DNA of 64,000 nucleotides from Clostridium sp. (GTDB lineage Bacteria; Bacillota; Clostridia; Clostridiales; Clostridiaceae): NCBI RefSeq assembly GCF_036643715.1, contig NZ_JAVXRL010000008.1, positions 2,722 to 66,721 of the forward strand, read 5' to 3'. Shown piece by piece: positions 10,107 to 19,746 of this stretch (position 1 is its first letter; each line of letters starts with the position of its first letter). The notes under the pieces were generated by a model. It saw only the letters and a program-made list of their open reading frames with translations, ran no database searches and was not told where the DNA came from. The position numbers and the translations under genes were made by a program.

Positions 10107-10703
10107 ATGAGTTTAGTTCCAATGGTTGTTGAACAAACAAATAGAGGCGAAAGAAGTTATGATATTTTCTCAAGATTATTAAAAGATAGAATTATAATGA
10201 TTAATGGAGAAATTAATGATGCTACATCAAATTTAGTTGTTGCTCAACTTTTATTTTTAGAAAGTGAAGATCCAGATAAGGATATTTATATTTATATAAA
10301 CAGTCCAGGAGGATCAATAACTGCTGGTATGGCTATTTATGATACAATGCAATACATCAAACCAGATGTTTGCACAATTTGTATTGGATTAGCTGCATCA
10401 ATGGGATCATTCTTACTTTCATCAGGAACAAAGGGCAAGAGATATGCACTTCCTAATGCAGAGATAATGATTCACCAACCTTTAGGCGGATTCCAAGGTC
10501 AAGCAACTGACTTTGATATTCACGCAAAAAGAATTTTAAGAATAAAAGATAAATTAAATCAAATACTAAGTGAAAACACAGGTAAGCCAATTGAAGAGCT
10601 TAAACTTGATGTTGAGAGAGATTACTTCTTAGAAGCTGATGAAGCTAAAGAGTATGGACTAGTGGATAAAGTTATCACTAAGAATGAAATCGAAAAAGCA
10701 TAA
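10107..10703 (+). CDS. clpP: ATP-dependent Clp protease proteolytic subunit
   Basis: 'YINSPGG', catalytic Ser 'AASMG', His 'MIHQP', Asp 'ERDYF'. Confidence 0.98.
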   Translation: MSLVPMVVEQTNRGERSYDIFSRLLKDRIIMINGEINDATSNLVVAQLLFLESEDPDKDIYIYINSPGGSITAGMAIYDTMQYIKPDVCTICIGLAASMGSFLLSSGTKGKRYALPNAEIMIHQPLGGFQGQATDFDIHAKRILRIKDKLNQILSENTGKPIEELKLDVERDYFLEADEAKEYGLVDKVITKNEIEKA

Positions 10704-10737
10704 AATAGTTAGGCGTTGTCCTTAGCGAGGTGAGAAT

Positions 10738-12036
10738 ATGGCTAAATACGAAGAAAAGAAACAGCTAAAATGCTCTTTCTGTGGTAAGAGTCAAGACCAA
10801 GTTAAAAGATTAATAGCTGGTCCTGGAGTTTATATATGTGATGAATGTATAGATTTATGTTCAGAAATAATAGAGGATGAATTTGAAGAAACAACAGAAG
10901 TTGTTGCTACAGATTTACCAAAGCCACAAGAAATAAAAGAATATCTTGATTCTTATGTAATAGGTCAAGAAGGTGCAAAGAAGTCATTAGCTGTTGCGGT
11001 TTATAATCATTATAAGAGAATAAACACAAAAAAAGCATCAAGTGATGATATAGAGTTACAAAAGAGTAATATTTTATTACTAGGACCAACAGGATCAGGT
11101 AAGACATTACTTGCTCAAACATTAGCTAAAGTTCTAAATGTACCATTTGCAATAGCAGATGCTACTACGTTAACTGAAGCGGGTTACGTTGGAGAAGATG
11201 TTGAAAACATCCTATTAAAATTAATACAAAATGCTGACTTTGATATTGAAAAGGCAGAAAAAGGTATTATTTATATTGATGAAATAGATAAGATTGCTAG
11301 AAAATCTGAAAATCCATCAATAACTAGAGATGTTTCAGGAGAGGGTGTACAACAAGCGCTTCTAAAGATTTTAGAAGGAACTACTGCTTCAGTACCACCT
11401 CAAGGAGGAAGAAAACATCCTCACCAAGAGTTACTTCAAATAAATACTTCAAACATATTATTTATTTGTGGAGGAGCCTTTGATGGAATAGATAAAATTA
11501 TTGAAAAGAGAACAAGAAAAAGTTCAATTGGATTTGGTGCAGATATTCAATCAAAGAAAGAAAAAGACTTAGGAACAATATTTAAAGAAATAATGCCAGG
11601 AGATTTATTAAAATTCGGTCTTATACCTGAATTTGTAGGAAGACTTCCAATAGTTGTTAGCCTTGAATCTCTTGATAAGAAAGCATTAGTTAAGATTTTA
11701 TGTGAACCTAAGAATGCTCTAGTGAAGCAATATAAGAAGTTATTTGAACTTGATAATGTAGATCTTGAATTTACAGAAAAAGCTTTAGATACAATTGCAG
11801 AAGAAGCAATCACTAGAAGTACTGGAGCTAGAGGTCTTAGAGCAATAATTGAAGAGATGATGGTTGATATCATGTTTGATATACCTTCAGATGAAAGAAT
11901 TACTAAAGTAATAATAACTGAAGATACGATCAAAAAGGGTGAGAAACCAGAAGTTCATAGATTACCAGAAGGTGAAGTTCGACCAATGCTTGTTGATAAA
12001 TCAGCAAAAAGCAAAGATGGAATGGAAACTGCATAA
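10738..12036 (+). CDS. clpX: Clp protease ATP-binding subunit
   Basis: N-terminal C4 zinc finger, Walker A 'GPTGSGKT', Walker B 'IYIDEIDK', IGF loop. Confidence 0.98.
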   Translation: MAKYEEKKQLKCSFCGKSQDQVKRLIAGPGVYICDECIDLCSEIIEDEFEETTEVVATDLPKPQEIKEYLDSYVIGQEGAKKSLAVAVYNHYKRINTKKASSDDIELQKSNILLLGPTGSGKTLLAQTLAKVLNVPFAIADATTLTEAGYVGEDVENILLKLIQNADFDIEKAEKGIIYIDEIDKIARKSENPSITRDVSGEGVQQALLKILEGTTASVPPQGGRKHPHQELLQINTSNILFICGGAFDGIDKIIEKRTRKSSIGFGADIQSKKEKDLGTIFKEIMPGDLLKFGLIPEFVGRLPIVVSLESLDKKALVKILCEPKNALVKQYKKLFELDNVDLEFTEKALDTIAEEAITRSTGARGLRAIIEEMMVDIMFDIPSDERITKVIITEDTIKKGEKPEVHRLPEGEVRPMLVDKSAKSKDGMETA

Positions 12037-12038
12037 AT

Positions 12039-12070
12039 AAAAAAACACTCTTTTATAAGGGTGTTTTTTT
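12039..12070 (+). terminator. Intrinsic terminator after clpX
   Basis: aaaaaacactc-ttttataa-gggtgtttttttt. Confidence 0.7.
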
Positions 12071-12167
12071 ATTTATATAACAATTTTAGAATTATTGAAA
12101 AATGCCATGGTTATGGTATACTTAACTAGTCTAATAAAAAAATAAACAAGAATGGGGGAAGATAGGT

Positions 12168-14492
12168 ATGACAAATGAAAATATACTTCCTTTAATTCCT
12201 TTAAGAGGGATAACTATTTTTCCAAATATGGTTACTCATTTTGATGTAGGAAGGGAAAAATCAAAAAAGGCAGTTGAAGCTGCTATGGAAAATGGAGAGA
12301 AAATTTTCCTTGCAACACAAAAAAATGTAGAAATAGAAGATCCAAAGAAGAGTGATATAAGCAAGGTTGGTACAGTTTGCGACATAAAGCAAATTATTAA
12401 ATTACCTGATGACGTTATAAGAGTTCTAGTTGAAGGTAAGGAAAGAGCCGTAATAAAGAAGTATCAAGCTAAAAGAAGCTACTTAGAAGTAGAATTAGAG
12501 AGAATTAAAGAAGATGAAATAAACGATGTTGAAATAGATGCATATATAAAATCTTTAAAAGAAAAATTTATAAACTTTATGAAAATTACAGGTGAAAATT
12601 CAAATGAAATAATTAAAGCTGTAGAACTTGATAATAAGATTTATGAGTTTATAGATATGGTAAGCAGCGTAGCTGTTGGAAAAGAAGAAGATAGACAAGA
12701 AATATTAGAAACAATAGATTTAAAGAAAAGACTTTCAAAATTATTAGTTATGATTGAAGAAGAAATAGAAATAGCTAAAATTCAAAAGAAAATAGCTGAT
12801 AAAGTGAAAGAAAAGACTGACAAAAGTCAAAAGGAATATTTCTTAAGAGAACAAATGAAAGCAATTCAAGAAGAACTTGGTGAAGATGATGAAAGTAAGC
12901 TTGAAATAAAGAAATATGAAGATAAAATAAGTAAATCTAAGCTACCAAAAGAAGTTAGAGAAAAGGCAGAGTATGAGTTAAATAGACTTAGAAGCAATTC
13001 ATCAAACTCAGAAGAAGGTGTTATTAAAAGCTATTTAGATTGGATTTTAGACATGCCTTGGAATAAGAGTAGCAAAGATACTATTAGTATAAAAAGTGCT
13101 GAAGAAGTATTAAAGAAAGAACATTATGGACTAGATGATGTTAAAGAAAGAATAATAGAATATATTGCAGTTAAACAAATGAGCAAAAGTATGAAAGGAC
13201 CAATACTTTGTCTTGTTGGACCACCAGGAGTAGGTAAAACTTCAATAGCTAAGTCAATAGCAGAATCTATGAATAGAAAGTATGCTAGAATTGCACTTGG
13301 CGGTATGAAGGATGAATCTGAAATAAGAGGTCACAGAAAGACTTATGTTGGTGCAATACCAGGAAGAATTGCTTATGCGTTAAAAGAAACAAAAACAAAA
13401 AATCCATTAATATTATTTGATGAAATTGATAAAATTAGTTCAAACTATAAAGGTGATCCACAAGATGCTTTACTTGAAGTTTTAGATAGTGAACAAAATT
13501 TCAACTTTAGAGATAATTACTTAGAGTTACCAATAGATTTATCAAAGGTATTCTTTATAGCTACTGCAAATAGTTTAGATACTATTCCAAGAGCATTACT
13601 TGACAGAATGGAAGTTATTGAAGTGTCAGGCTATACTTATGAAGAAAAGTTCCAAATAGCGAAAAGATATTTATTACCTAAAGAACTAAAAGAACATAAT
13701 ATAAGCGAAGATAAAATTAAAGTAAGTGATAGTGCCTTAAAGGAAATAATAGAAGGATATACTAGAGAATCAGGTGTTAGAAGTCTAACTAGAGTATTAG
13801 CATCCTTGATTAGAAAAGCAATTACAGAAATGCTTAAAAATAATAAAGATTCAATAAGTATAAATTCTAAAAAAGTGGAGAACCTATTAGGTAAAAAAGT
13901 ATTTAGTTATGACAAAATAGACAAAGATGATAAAATTGGTGTTGTAACTGGTATGGCATGGACTGCTTATGGTGGAGATACTCTACCTGTTGAGGCTATG
14001 GTTATGGATGGTACAGGAAAACTTCAATTAACAGGTCAACTTGGTGATGTTATGCAAGAGTCTGCTAAGGCAGCCTTTACGTATGTAAGAGCTAATGCTA
14101 CTAAGTATGGTATTGATAATGAATTTTATAAGAATAAAGATGTTCATATTCATGTTCCTGAAGGTGCAGTACCAAAGGATGGTCCTTCAGCTGGTGTTAC
14201 TATGGTAACAGCATTAGTATCAGCACTAGCAAAGAAGAAGGTTAGACATAATGTTGCTATGACTGGAGAAGTTACTTTAACTGGAAGAGTTCTACCTATT
14301 GGAGGATTAAAAGAAAAGTCACTTGCAGCGGTTAGAGCAGGAATAGATACGATTATAATTCCAAAAGAAAACGAAAAAGATGCAGATAAGATACCAGATT
14401 CAATTAAGAAGGGACTAAAGATAATAGTTGCAGAACAAATTGATACGGTACTAAATAACGCGATAATTGGAGAGGATACCCATGAGAATTAA
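12168..14492 (+). CDS. lon: Lon protease (endopeptidase La)
   Basis: LON N-domain, Walker A 'GPPGVGKT', catalytic 'PKDGPSAG' and 'GGLKEK'. Confidence 0.98.
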   Translation: MTNENILPLIPLRGITIFPNMVTHFDVGREKSKKAVEAAMENGEKIFLATQKNVEIEDPKKSDISKVGTVCDIKQIIKLPDDVIRVLVEGKERAVIKKYQAKRSYLEVELERIKEDEINDVEIDAYIKSLKEKFINFMKITGENSNEIIKAVELDNKIYEFIDMVSSVAVGKEEDRQEILETIDLKKRLSKLLVMIEEEIEIAKIQKKIADKVKEKTDKSQKEYFLREQMKAIQEELGEDDESKLEIKKYEDKISKSKLPKEVREKAEYELNRLRSNSSNSEEGVIKSYLDWILDMPWNKSSKDTISIKSAEEVLKKEHYGLDDVKERIIEYIAVKQMSKSMKGPILCLVGPPGVGKTSIAKSIAESMNRKYARIALGGMKDESEIRGHRKTYVGAIPGRIAYALKETKTKNPLILFDEIDKISSNYKGDPQDALLEVLDSEQNFNFRDNYLELPIDLSKVFFIATANSLDTIPRALLDRMEVIEVSGYTYEEKFQIAKRYLLPKELKEHNISEDKIKVSDSALKEIIEGYTRESGVRSLTRVLASLIRKAITEMLKNNKDSISINSKKVENLLGKKVFSYDKIDKDDKIGVVTGMAWTAYGGDTLPVEAMVMDGTGKLQLTGQLGDVMQESAKAAFTYVRANATKYGIDNEFYKNKDVHIHVPEGAVPKDGPSAGVTMVTALVSALAKKKVRHNVAMTGEVTLTGRVLPIGGLKEKSLAAVRAGIDTIIIPKENEKDADKIPDSIKKGLKIIVAEQIDTVLNNAIIGEDTHEN

Positions 14493-15078
14493 ACAATCAG
14501 AATTTATAATATCAGCAGTAAAGAAAGAACAATATCCAGTAGATGGAAGAGTGGAAATTGCTTTCGTTGGTAGATCAAATGTTGGTAAGAGTTCAATAAT
14601 AAATGCTCTTACAAATAGAAAAAAATTAGCTAAGGTCAGTCAAACTCCAGGAAAAACTAGATTAATAAATTTCTTTTTAATAAATAATGATTTCCACCTT
14701 GTAGATTTACCAGGTTATGGATACGCTAAAGTATCTAAAACTGAGAAGGCAAGTTGGGGTGCAACTATAGAAAGATATTTAAATGGAAGAGAAGAACTAA
14801 AAAGAGTAGTACTTTTAGTTGATTCAAGACATAAGCCAACAGCAGACGATATCATGATGCATGAGTGGATAAAGCATTATGGATATGATGTAACTATCGT
14901 TGCTACAAAAAGCGATAAGTTATCAAATAATGCTTTAAGAAAAAGCGAAAAGATTATAAGGGATGCATTAGAGTTAAGTAGCGAAGATAAACTATACTTC
15001 TTCTCATCACTTAATAAAAAAGGTAGTGAGCAGTTAATAAACAATTTATTTGGAGATTTAGCTGAAGATACTGAATAA
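14482..15078 (+). CDS. engB: Ribosome biogenesis GTPase YsxC/EngB
   Basis: Start ATG 14482 overlaps the lon stop. G1 'GRSNVGKSS', G2 'TPGKT', G3 'DLPGYG', G4 'TKSDK'. Confidence 0.95.
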   Translation: MRIKQSEFIISAVKKEQYPVDGRVEIAFVGRSNVGKSSIINALTNRKKLAKVSQTPGKTRLINFFLINNDFHLVDLPGYGYAKVSKTEKASWGATIERYLNGREELKRVVLLVDSRHKPTADDIMMHEWIKHYGYDVTIVATKSDKLSNNALRKSEKIIRDALELSSEDKLYFFSSLNKKGSEQLINNLFGDLAEDTE

Positions 15079-15084
15079 TTAAAG

Positions 15085-15128
15085 AAAAAGACCTATCAAA
15101 TTTAATCAAATTTGATAGGTCTTTTTTT
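15085..15128 (+). terminator. Intrinsic terminator after lon-engB
   Basis: aaaaagacctatcaaattt / aaatttgataggtcttttt plus T-run. Confidence 0.8.
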
Positions 15129-15239
15129 ATGAAAAAAAATTTGTAGAAGAGAATTATAATATGCAAAAAACAGTGTCAAATTATTTGGGAGAGAATAGTA
15201 TATAGTATAAAAAGGAAATAAGTCAAGGAGGATTAATCT

Positions 15240-15692
15240 ATGGAAATTAATGATATCCTACACGGATTCAATAATGACTCAGATTGTGACGATGACTGCA
15301 TGGATAATGATTGCGGATTTGGCAATGATTGTGGATGCGGTAATAACGGTTGCGGCGGCGGTAATAACTGCGGCTGTGGAAACAATAATATATGTTTAAT
15401 AATTTTATTATTAGTACTTTGTGGCGGATGTGGCTCACAAGGCGGAAATGGAGGATGTGGTAATATGGGAAATAATTGTTGTTGTTGTTGTTGTGAAAAA
15501 CCTAAATTTAAAAAATGTACAGAAACTGTGTATGTTCCAGAATGCGGATATCCAGCTTATGGATACGGAAATGCTGGAATGGGTGGAAACTGTGGATTCG
15601 GAAATGAATCTTGGTGGATTATAATACTATTATTATTATTCTGTGGCGGAAACGGATTCGGCGGAAACTGCGGCGGATGTGGAAACTGCTAA
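15240..15692 (+). CDS. Cys/Gly/Asn-rich protein, possible spore coat/exosporium component
   Basis: RBS aaggagg. About 25 Cys in 150 aa, a CCCCCC run (tgt x6 at 15477-15494), two short hydrophobic 'IIILLLL.C' modules. Confidence 0.7.
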   Translation: MEINDILHGFNNDSDCDDDCMDNDCGFGNDCGCGNNGCGGGNNCGCGNNNICLIILLLVLCGGCGSQGGNGGCGNMGNNCCCCCCEKPKFKKCTETVYVPECGYPAYGYGNAGMGGNCGFGNESWWIIILLLLFCGGNGFGGNCGGCGNC

Positions 15693-15731
15693 TAAAGTAT
15701 AAGAAATATAATGAAATAGGAGGAATTTAGT

Positions 15732-15998
15732 ATGTCTCACAAAAAATCAAGTTGTTGTAGTTGCTGTGATAGAACAGTTGTAGTTTCACCTCAACATCAA
15801 GGAAACTGCGGATGTGGAAATAATTCAATATGGATAATAATCTTATTATTATTATTCTGTTGTGGAAATGGAAATGGATTCGGTGGAAATTGTGGAAATA
15901 ATGGTGGCTGTGGTAATGGCTGTGGTAATAATAGTTTCTTATGGATAATTATATTACTATGTTGTTTCTGTGGAAACGGAACTGGTTTCGGATTCTAA
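15732..15998 (+). CDS. Small Cys/Gly/Asn-rich protein sharing the module of the upstream gene
   Basis: RBS aggagg. About 14 Cys in 88 aa, two 'GNNS.(L)WIIILL..(C)C' modules. Confidence 0.7.
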   Translation: MSHKKSSCCSCCDRTVVVSPQHQGNCGCGNNSIWIIILLLLFCCGNGNGFGGNCGNNGGCGNGCGNNSFLWIIILLCCFCGNGTGFGF

Positions 15999-16035
15999 TT
16001 TAAACAAATTAATCAATTTTAGTAATTGGTAGTTG

Positions 16036-16058
16036 TTGGAGGGCTTTATGCCCTCCAA
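16036..16058. other. GC-rich hairpin without a downstream U-tract on either strand
   Basis: ttggagggc-tttat-gccctccaa, followed on + by an A-run. Not a canonical intrinsic terminator; could be a stabilising or processing hairpin. Confidence 0.5.
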
Positions 16059-16078
16059 AAAAAAGCTCTAAAATAATA

Positions 16079-16106
16079 ACATAATTGATATAAATTACAT
16101 ACTATA
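16079..16106 (+). promoter_or_regulatory. SigmaK-like promoter
   Basis: ACA (16079-81), 16 nt, CATACTATA (16098-106), matching the B. subtilis sigmaK consensus ACA-N16-CATAnnnTA. Confidence 0.45.
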
Positions 16107-16135
16107 TAACTAGAATACTTTGTAGGAGAATGAAT

Positions 16136-16771
16136 ATGGCAAAGAAGAGACATAGAAATAGAGAAAATGAGTATGCAAACGGAAATGGCCAAGAACAATT
16201 TAACAATTTTGCAAACAATCCTTTTGGAATAGATCCTAATCAACTTATGAATATGCTCGGAAATGTAGATGGTGATAAACTGAAAAACATAATGGAATCA
16301 ATGGATAAAGAGGGTATAGATTTAAATTCCTTTATGGCTCAAAATGGTATGAATACTGGCAATAATGGAATGAATCAAGGTAATCCTGGAATGAATAACA
16401 ATGGAAACCAAGGTGCTGGGAATAATATGAATCCTATGGATATTTTAAAAAATATGGGGATGAATCAAGGGAATGCTGGAATGAACAATGGTAATCCTGG
16501 AATGAATGGTAATATGGGATCTATGGGCAATATGAACCCTATGGCTATACTTAGCCAACTTACACAAATGGGCAACTTTAATGGTCAAAATAAAAACAAT
16601 AATAATAATGGCAATAACAATAATAACAGAAAGAATAATAAAAAAAATAAATATAATACTGGGGATGCAAATATGGATATGTTGCTTGCTGTAAGAGATT
16701 CGGTAGATTCTGAAAGAATTGAATTTGTAGATAAAATAATAGGCATGTATAAAAAAGGTGACTTAGATTAA
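16136..16771 (+). CDS. Asn/Gly/Met-rich low-complexity protein
   Basis: ATG 16136 with RBS aggag. Central repeats 'GMNQGNPGMN', 'GNNMNPMDIL' / 'GNMNPMAIL', poly-Asn, with helical-looking N- and C-termini. Confidence 0.75.
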   Translation: MAKKRHRNRENEYANGNGQEQFNNFANNPFGIDPNQLMNMLGNVDGDKLKNIMESMDKEGIDLNSFMAQNGMNTGNNGMNQGNPGMNNNGNQGAGNNMNPMDILKNMGMNQGNAGMNNGNPGMNGNMGSMGNMNPMAILSQLTQMGNFNGQNKNNNNNGNNNNNRKNNKKNKYNTGDANMDMLLAVRDSVDSERIEFVDKIIGMYKKGDLD

Positions 16772-16814
16772 AAAAAGTTGAATAAAAAAAATGAATGGTG
16801 TTAATAATATAATT

Positions 16815-16909
16815 GTACCGGAGAAATTATTCTCCTACATTTACACTAAATTATTATTTAGTGTAACAAACCCCCCATCCCCCTTTTAGGCCGCTTTAAG
16901 CGGCCTTTT
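16815..16909 (+). ncRNA. Putative C-rich small RNA or structured 3' UTR
   Basis: Two hairpins, tract caaaccccccatccccctttt, then terminator aggccgc-tttaa-gcggcct-tttt oriented on +. Confidence 0.45.
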
Positions 16910-17825
16910 AATTTGTACTAATATTCGAAATTTTAAAGCTTTCATTATTTATATTTGAAATATCTAAGATAATAATGAATGGAATTTTCTTAGAGGTTGA
17001 TCTTTGTATTTTTTCAAATTTTAATATCATATTTATTTCATTTAAATTTCCATCATTATCAATAATATTATCATAGAAAAAAGCATCTTTAAAATTATAT
17101 TCGAATGAATCTTTATCTAATTGCCAAAGTATAGATAAAGTGTCTTTATCAATATCTTCAGTAAATATATTTGGAAGTTCAGAAACTTCGTAATCAATAA
17201 GTATTAAATCTATAAATTTGACTGCATTAATATAACCCAAATCCAAAAAAGAATTATTAGATATGTTCGTTAGATCATTGTTTAGCAGCATGTAATTTTC
17301 AAATGAATCTTTTATATCTCTATGATTAAATGATTGTAACATAGGAGTTCTATTCATATTTGAGTCTATGATTCCTAAGACATCATTATTAGATGAAGTT
17401 TTTAGTGTGAATTTATTTTTTTCAAAAGAAAATAAATAATTTATAGGTTCATTATTCTTATACCCTTGTACAATAATTTCACTTTTATTATCACGGGAAA
17501 TATTAGAAATTGCTACATTCATTGAATATGAATCTGATACGTCGGATAAATAATTTGATGAACTTAACGAGCTGAGTAAAATAGTATTTTCTAAAGTTGT
17601 TATTTGTACATCGCCCTTTCCTTTTGAAGTAATTATTTTTATTATTTCATTGATACCATCACCAGTTAAATCTGCAGCAAATTCATCTTGTAATTTTATT
17701 GGCGCGCTTGATTCTTTAATATCGAATTCAATTGACTTAGAACATAAAATAAGAATAGATATTAAAAAGATAAGAAAAATAATAAAAGATATTAAAACTG
17801 TTTTAAATTTAAAAGTAAATTTCAT
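16908..17825 (-). CDS. Membrane-anchored hypothetical protein with an FG-GAP/VCBS-like Ca-binding motif
   Basis: N-terminal TM helix. 'ADLTGDGINEII' and a degenerate second copy 'NISRDNKSEIIV'. Confidence 0.6.
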   Translation of the reverse strand: MKFTFKFKTVLISFIIFLIFLISILILCSKSIEFDIKESSAPIKLQDEFAADLTGDGINEIIKIITSKGKGDVQITTLENTILLSSLSSSNYLSDVSDSYSMNVAISNISRDNKSEIIVQGYKNNEPINYLFSFEKNKFTLKTSSNNDVLGIIDSNMNRTPMLQSFNHRDIKDSFENYMLLNNDLTNISNNSFLDLGYINAVKFIDLILIDYEVSELPNIFTEDIDKDTLSILWQLDKDSFEYNFKDAFFYDNIIDNDGNLNEINMILKFEKIQRSTSKKIPFIIILDISNINNESFKISNISTN

Positions 17826-17910
17826 TTATCATAACCTCCTCAATAAAGTATATGAAACATATATAATTTAATGATAATATAGGCAAACTATAATAAAGGA
17901 GGAGTTACAA

Positions 17911-19116
17911 ATGAAGAAAATAATAAGTTTAATTATGGTTACAGTAGTATTTTTCACTGTTGCAACTGGATGTGGTAAAAAAAATAAAGGCAATGAAGAA
18001 ATAAGTTTATATTATAATACTGAAGATATAAAAACCTTCAATATCGCAAATGAAATAATAAATGAATTTGAAAAAGAATACGGAATAAAAGTAAATATTC
18101 ATCCAGTTACAGATAATAAAGAAATAGAAAAAAATATAAACGAGGGAAAAGAGAATTCAGTACTTTTATTAGATGGTTATAATTTTACTAAATTCGCCAA
18201 TAATAACTATTTAAGAGATCTTGGTTATTTATATAAAAGCAAGGATACTAGAGAAAAATTTTCATATATAACAAATATTTATGCTATATATAATAATAGG
18301 TATTATGGAATTGGTCTTATGCCATATTCTTTAGAGCTTATATATAATAACAGTTTACTAAAAGATGTAGGAATAACAGTTGAAGATAACAATATAAATG
18401 ATTTATTTAAAAAGTTAAATGATAAAAATATAAAGATACCAACACATATAAAAAGTCAATATTCAAAAGAGGTGCTTTTAAGCGCATTAGTTGCTAATGA
18501 TTCAATAATATATGATTTATATAAAATAAATAATGTAAATGATGTAGATAAAAAAATAGATGCAATAGAAAATGGCCAAGAAATTTTTAAAAGATTAAAT
18601 GATCTTTATGTAAGTAATACTATAAGAGAAGATATGTTTATAGATGGCGGAGAAGAAGTAATTAAAGATTTTAATGACGGGAAATATCCAGCTATTTTAA
18701 CAACAACATTAGCTGCTAACGGTATAAGAGATGGAAATGACATTGGGCTAGCTAATAAAATGCACTTATCTAACGATATGATAAATGCACCGGTAGGCGT
18801 TGATTTTATAGTATGTTCATCCGTTGGAAATAGCAAAGGAGACGAAGTAGATAAGTTTTTAAGGTTTTTATTAAGGTCTGAACCGTTTGAACTATTAAGT
18901 AAACAAAACTGTGTAACGGGTAATAAAATGGGAGATAGTAATCTCAAGGGTATACATATTAAGATGGCAAACAGTATACATGCGGCAGCGGAAATAAATA
19001 TATTGTATATTGAATCAATAGCGCCTAATAAAGTCGAGAGAATTGATAAAGAGGTAAAGAATGTACTGAATGGCAAGTATGATGGGAATGAGTGGAATAG
19101 AGTTAAAGGAAAATAA
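17911..19116 (+). CDS. ABC transporter extracellular solute-binding lipoprotein (family 1-like)
   Basis: Lipoprotein signal 'VATGC'. 'FEKEYGIKVNI', 'LIYNNSLL' and 'DKFLRFL' resemble sugar-type binding proteins. No permease nearby. Confidence 0.7.
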   Translation: MKKIISLIMVTVVFFTVATGCGKKNKGNEEISLYYNTEDIKTFNIANEIINEFEKEYGIKVNIHPVTDNKEIEKNINEGKENSVLLLDGYNFTKFANNNYLRDLGYLYKSKDTREKFSYITNIYAIYNNRYYGIGLMPYSLELIYNNSLLKDVGITVEDNNINDLFKKLNDKNIKIPTHIKSQYSKEVLLSALVANDSIIYDLYKINNVNDVDKKIDAIENGQEIFKRLNDLYVSNTIREDMFIDGGEEVIKDFNDGKYPAILTTTLAANGIRDGNDIGLANKMHLSNDMINAPVGVDFIVCSSVGNSKGDEVDKFLRFLLRSEPFELLSKQNCVTGNKMGDSNLKGIHIKMANSIHAAAEINILYIESIAPNKVERIDKEVKNVLNGKYDGNEWNRVKGK

Positions 19117-19169
19117 AAAACTAGAAGCAGAATCCAAAATAACATGGATTACTGCTTCTAGTTAAAATT

Positions 19170-19586
19170 TTATTGACAATCCTTACAAAGACCATAGAAA
19201 TAAGTTTGGTTAGATAAAACTTTATAATCAGAGTTTTGCTCTACTTCAGAATTTAAATGATCAAATGAAAGATTCATTAAATCATCAACTCTACCACAAC
19301 TTATACATTGTATATGGGGATGAGAATCTGCGTTACCATCATATCTGAAGTTACCTTCGCCAACATTTAGTTCTTGAACTAAACCAACGTCTACAAGAGT
19401 TTTTAATGCTTTGTAAACAGTAGCTAAGCTCATTGTAGGAAAATCTTCCTGTATAGCTTTGTAAATTACTTCAGCAGATGGGTGCTCTGTAGTACTCATC
19501 AAATATTTGTAAACAGCAAGTCTTTGAGGGGTTAGCTTTAGTTTTTTTTCCTTAAAAATAGCTGTGATGTTATTCATAAATGACAC
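19170..19586 (-). CDS. perR: Fur-family regulator, PerR-like
   Basis: 'LTPQRLAV', 'EHPSAE', 'MSLATVY', 'HPHIQCISCG', C-terminal 'CKDC'. Confidence 0.75.
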   Translation of the reverse strand: MSFMNNITAIFKEKKLKLTPQRLAVYKYLMSTTEHPSAEVIYKAIQEDFPTMSLATVYKALKTLVDVGLVQELNVGEGNFRYDGNADSHPHIQCISCGRVDDLMNLSFDHLNSEVEQNSDYKVLSNQTYFYGLCKDCQ

Positions 19587-19597
19587 TCCTTAACTTG

Positions 19598-19636
19598 TAA
19601 TAATATTATTATATCGTTAATAATATATGAAGTCAA
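19598..19636 (-). promoter_or_regulatory. perR promoter overlapped by an AT-rich palindrome (putative autoregulatory site)
   Basis: Minus strand TTGACT (19636-31), 17 nt, TATAAT (19613-08). Palindrome taataatattatta at 19598-19611 overlaps the -10. Confidence 0.55.
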
Positions 19637-19712
19637 TTGCTATCAATCAATTATTATAATTTATAAATAATTAGTATTGGTTAGACTGTAAAAAAATAAA
19701 TAAAAAAATTTC

Positions 19713-19741
19713 TTGCTATATTTAAAAAACAATGTTAAAAT
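19713..19741 (+). promoter_or_regulatory. SigmaA promoter with extended -10
   Basis: TTGCTA, 17 nt, TG-n-TAAAAT. Confidence 0.6.
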
Positions 19742-19746
19742 ATAAA

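Noticed and set aside
15140-15215. Sporulation-sigma promoter for the first Cys-rich gene
   Set aside because: GAATAGTAT resembles a sigmaE/sigmaK -10 but no -35 element sits at the right spacing.
15240-15998. Cys-rich genes as RiPP or bacteriocin precursors
   Set aside because: No adjacent radical SAM maturase, peptidase or exporter, and no clear leader/core split. The B12 radical SAM gene is 16 kb away and lacks SPASM or RRE features.
16046-16243. 65-aa minus-strand ORF
   Set aside because: Antisense to the Asn/Gly/Met gene, no RBS, runs through a hairpin.
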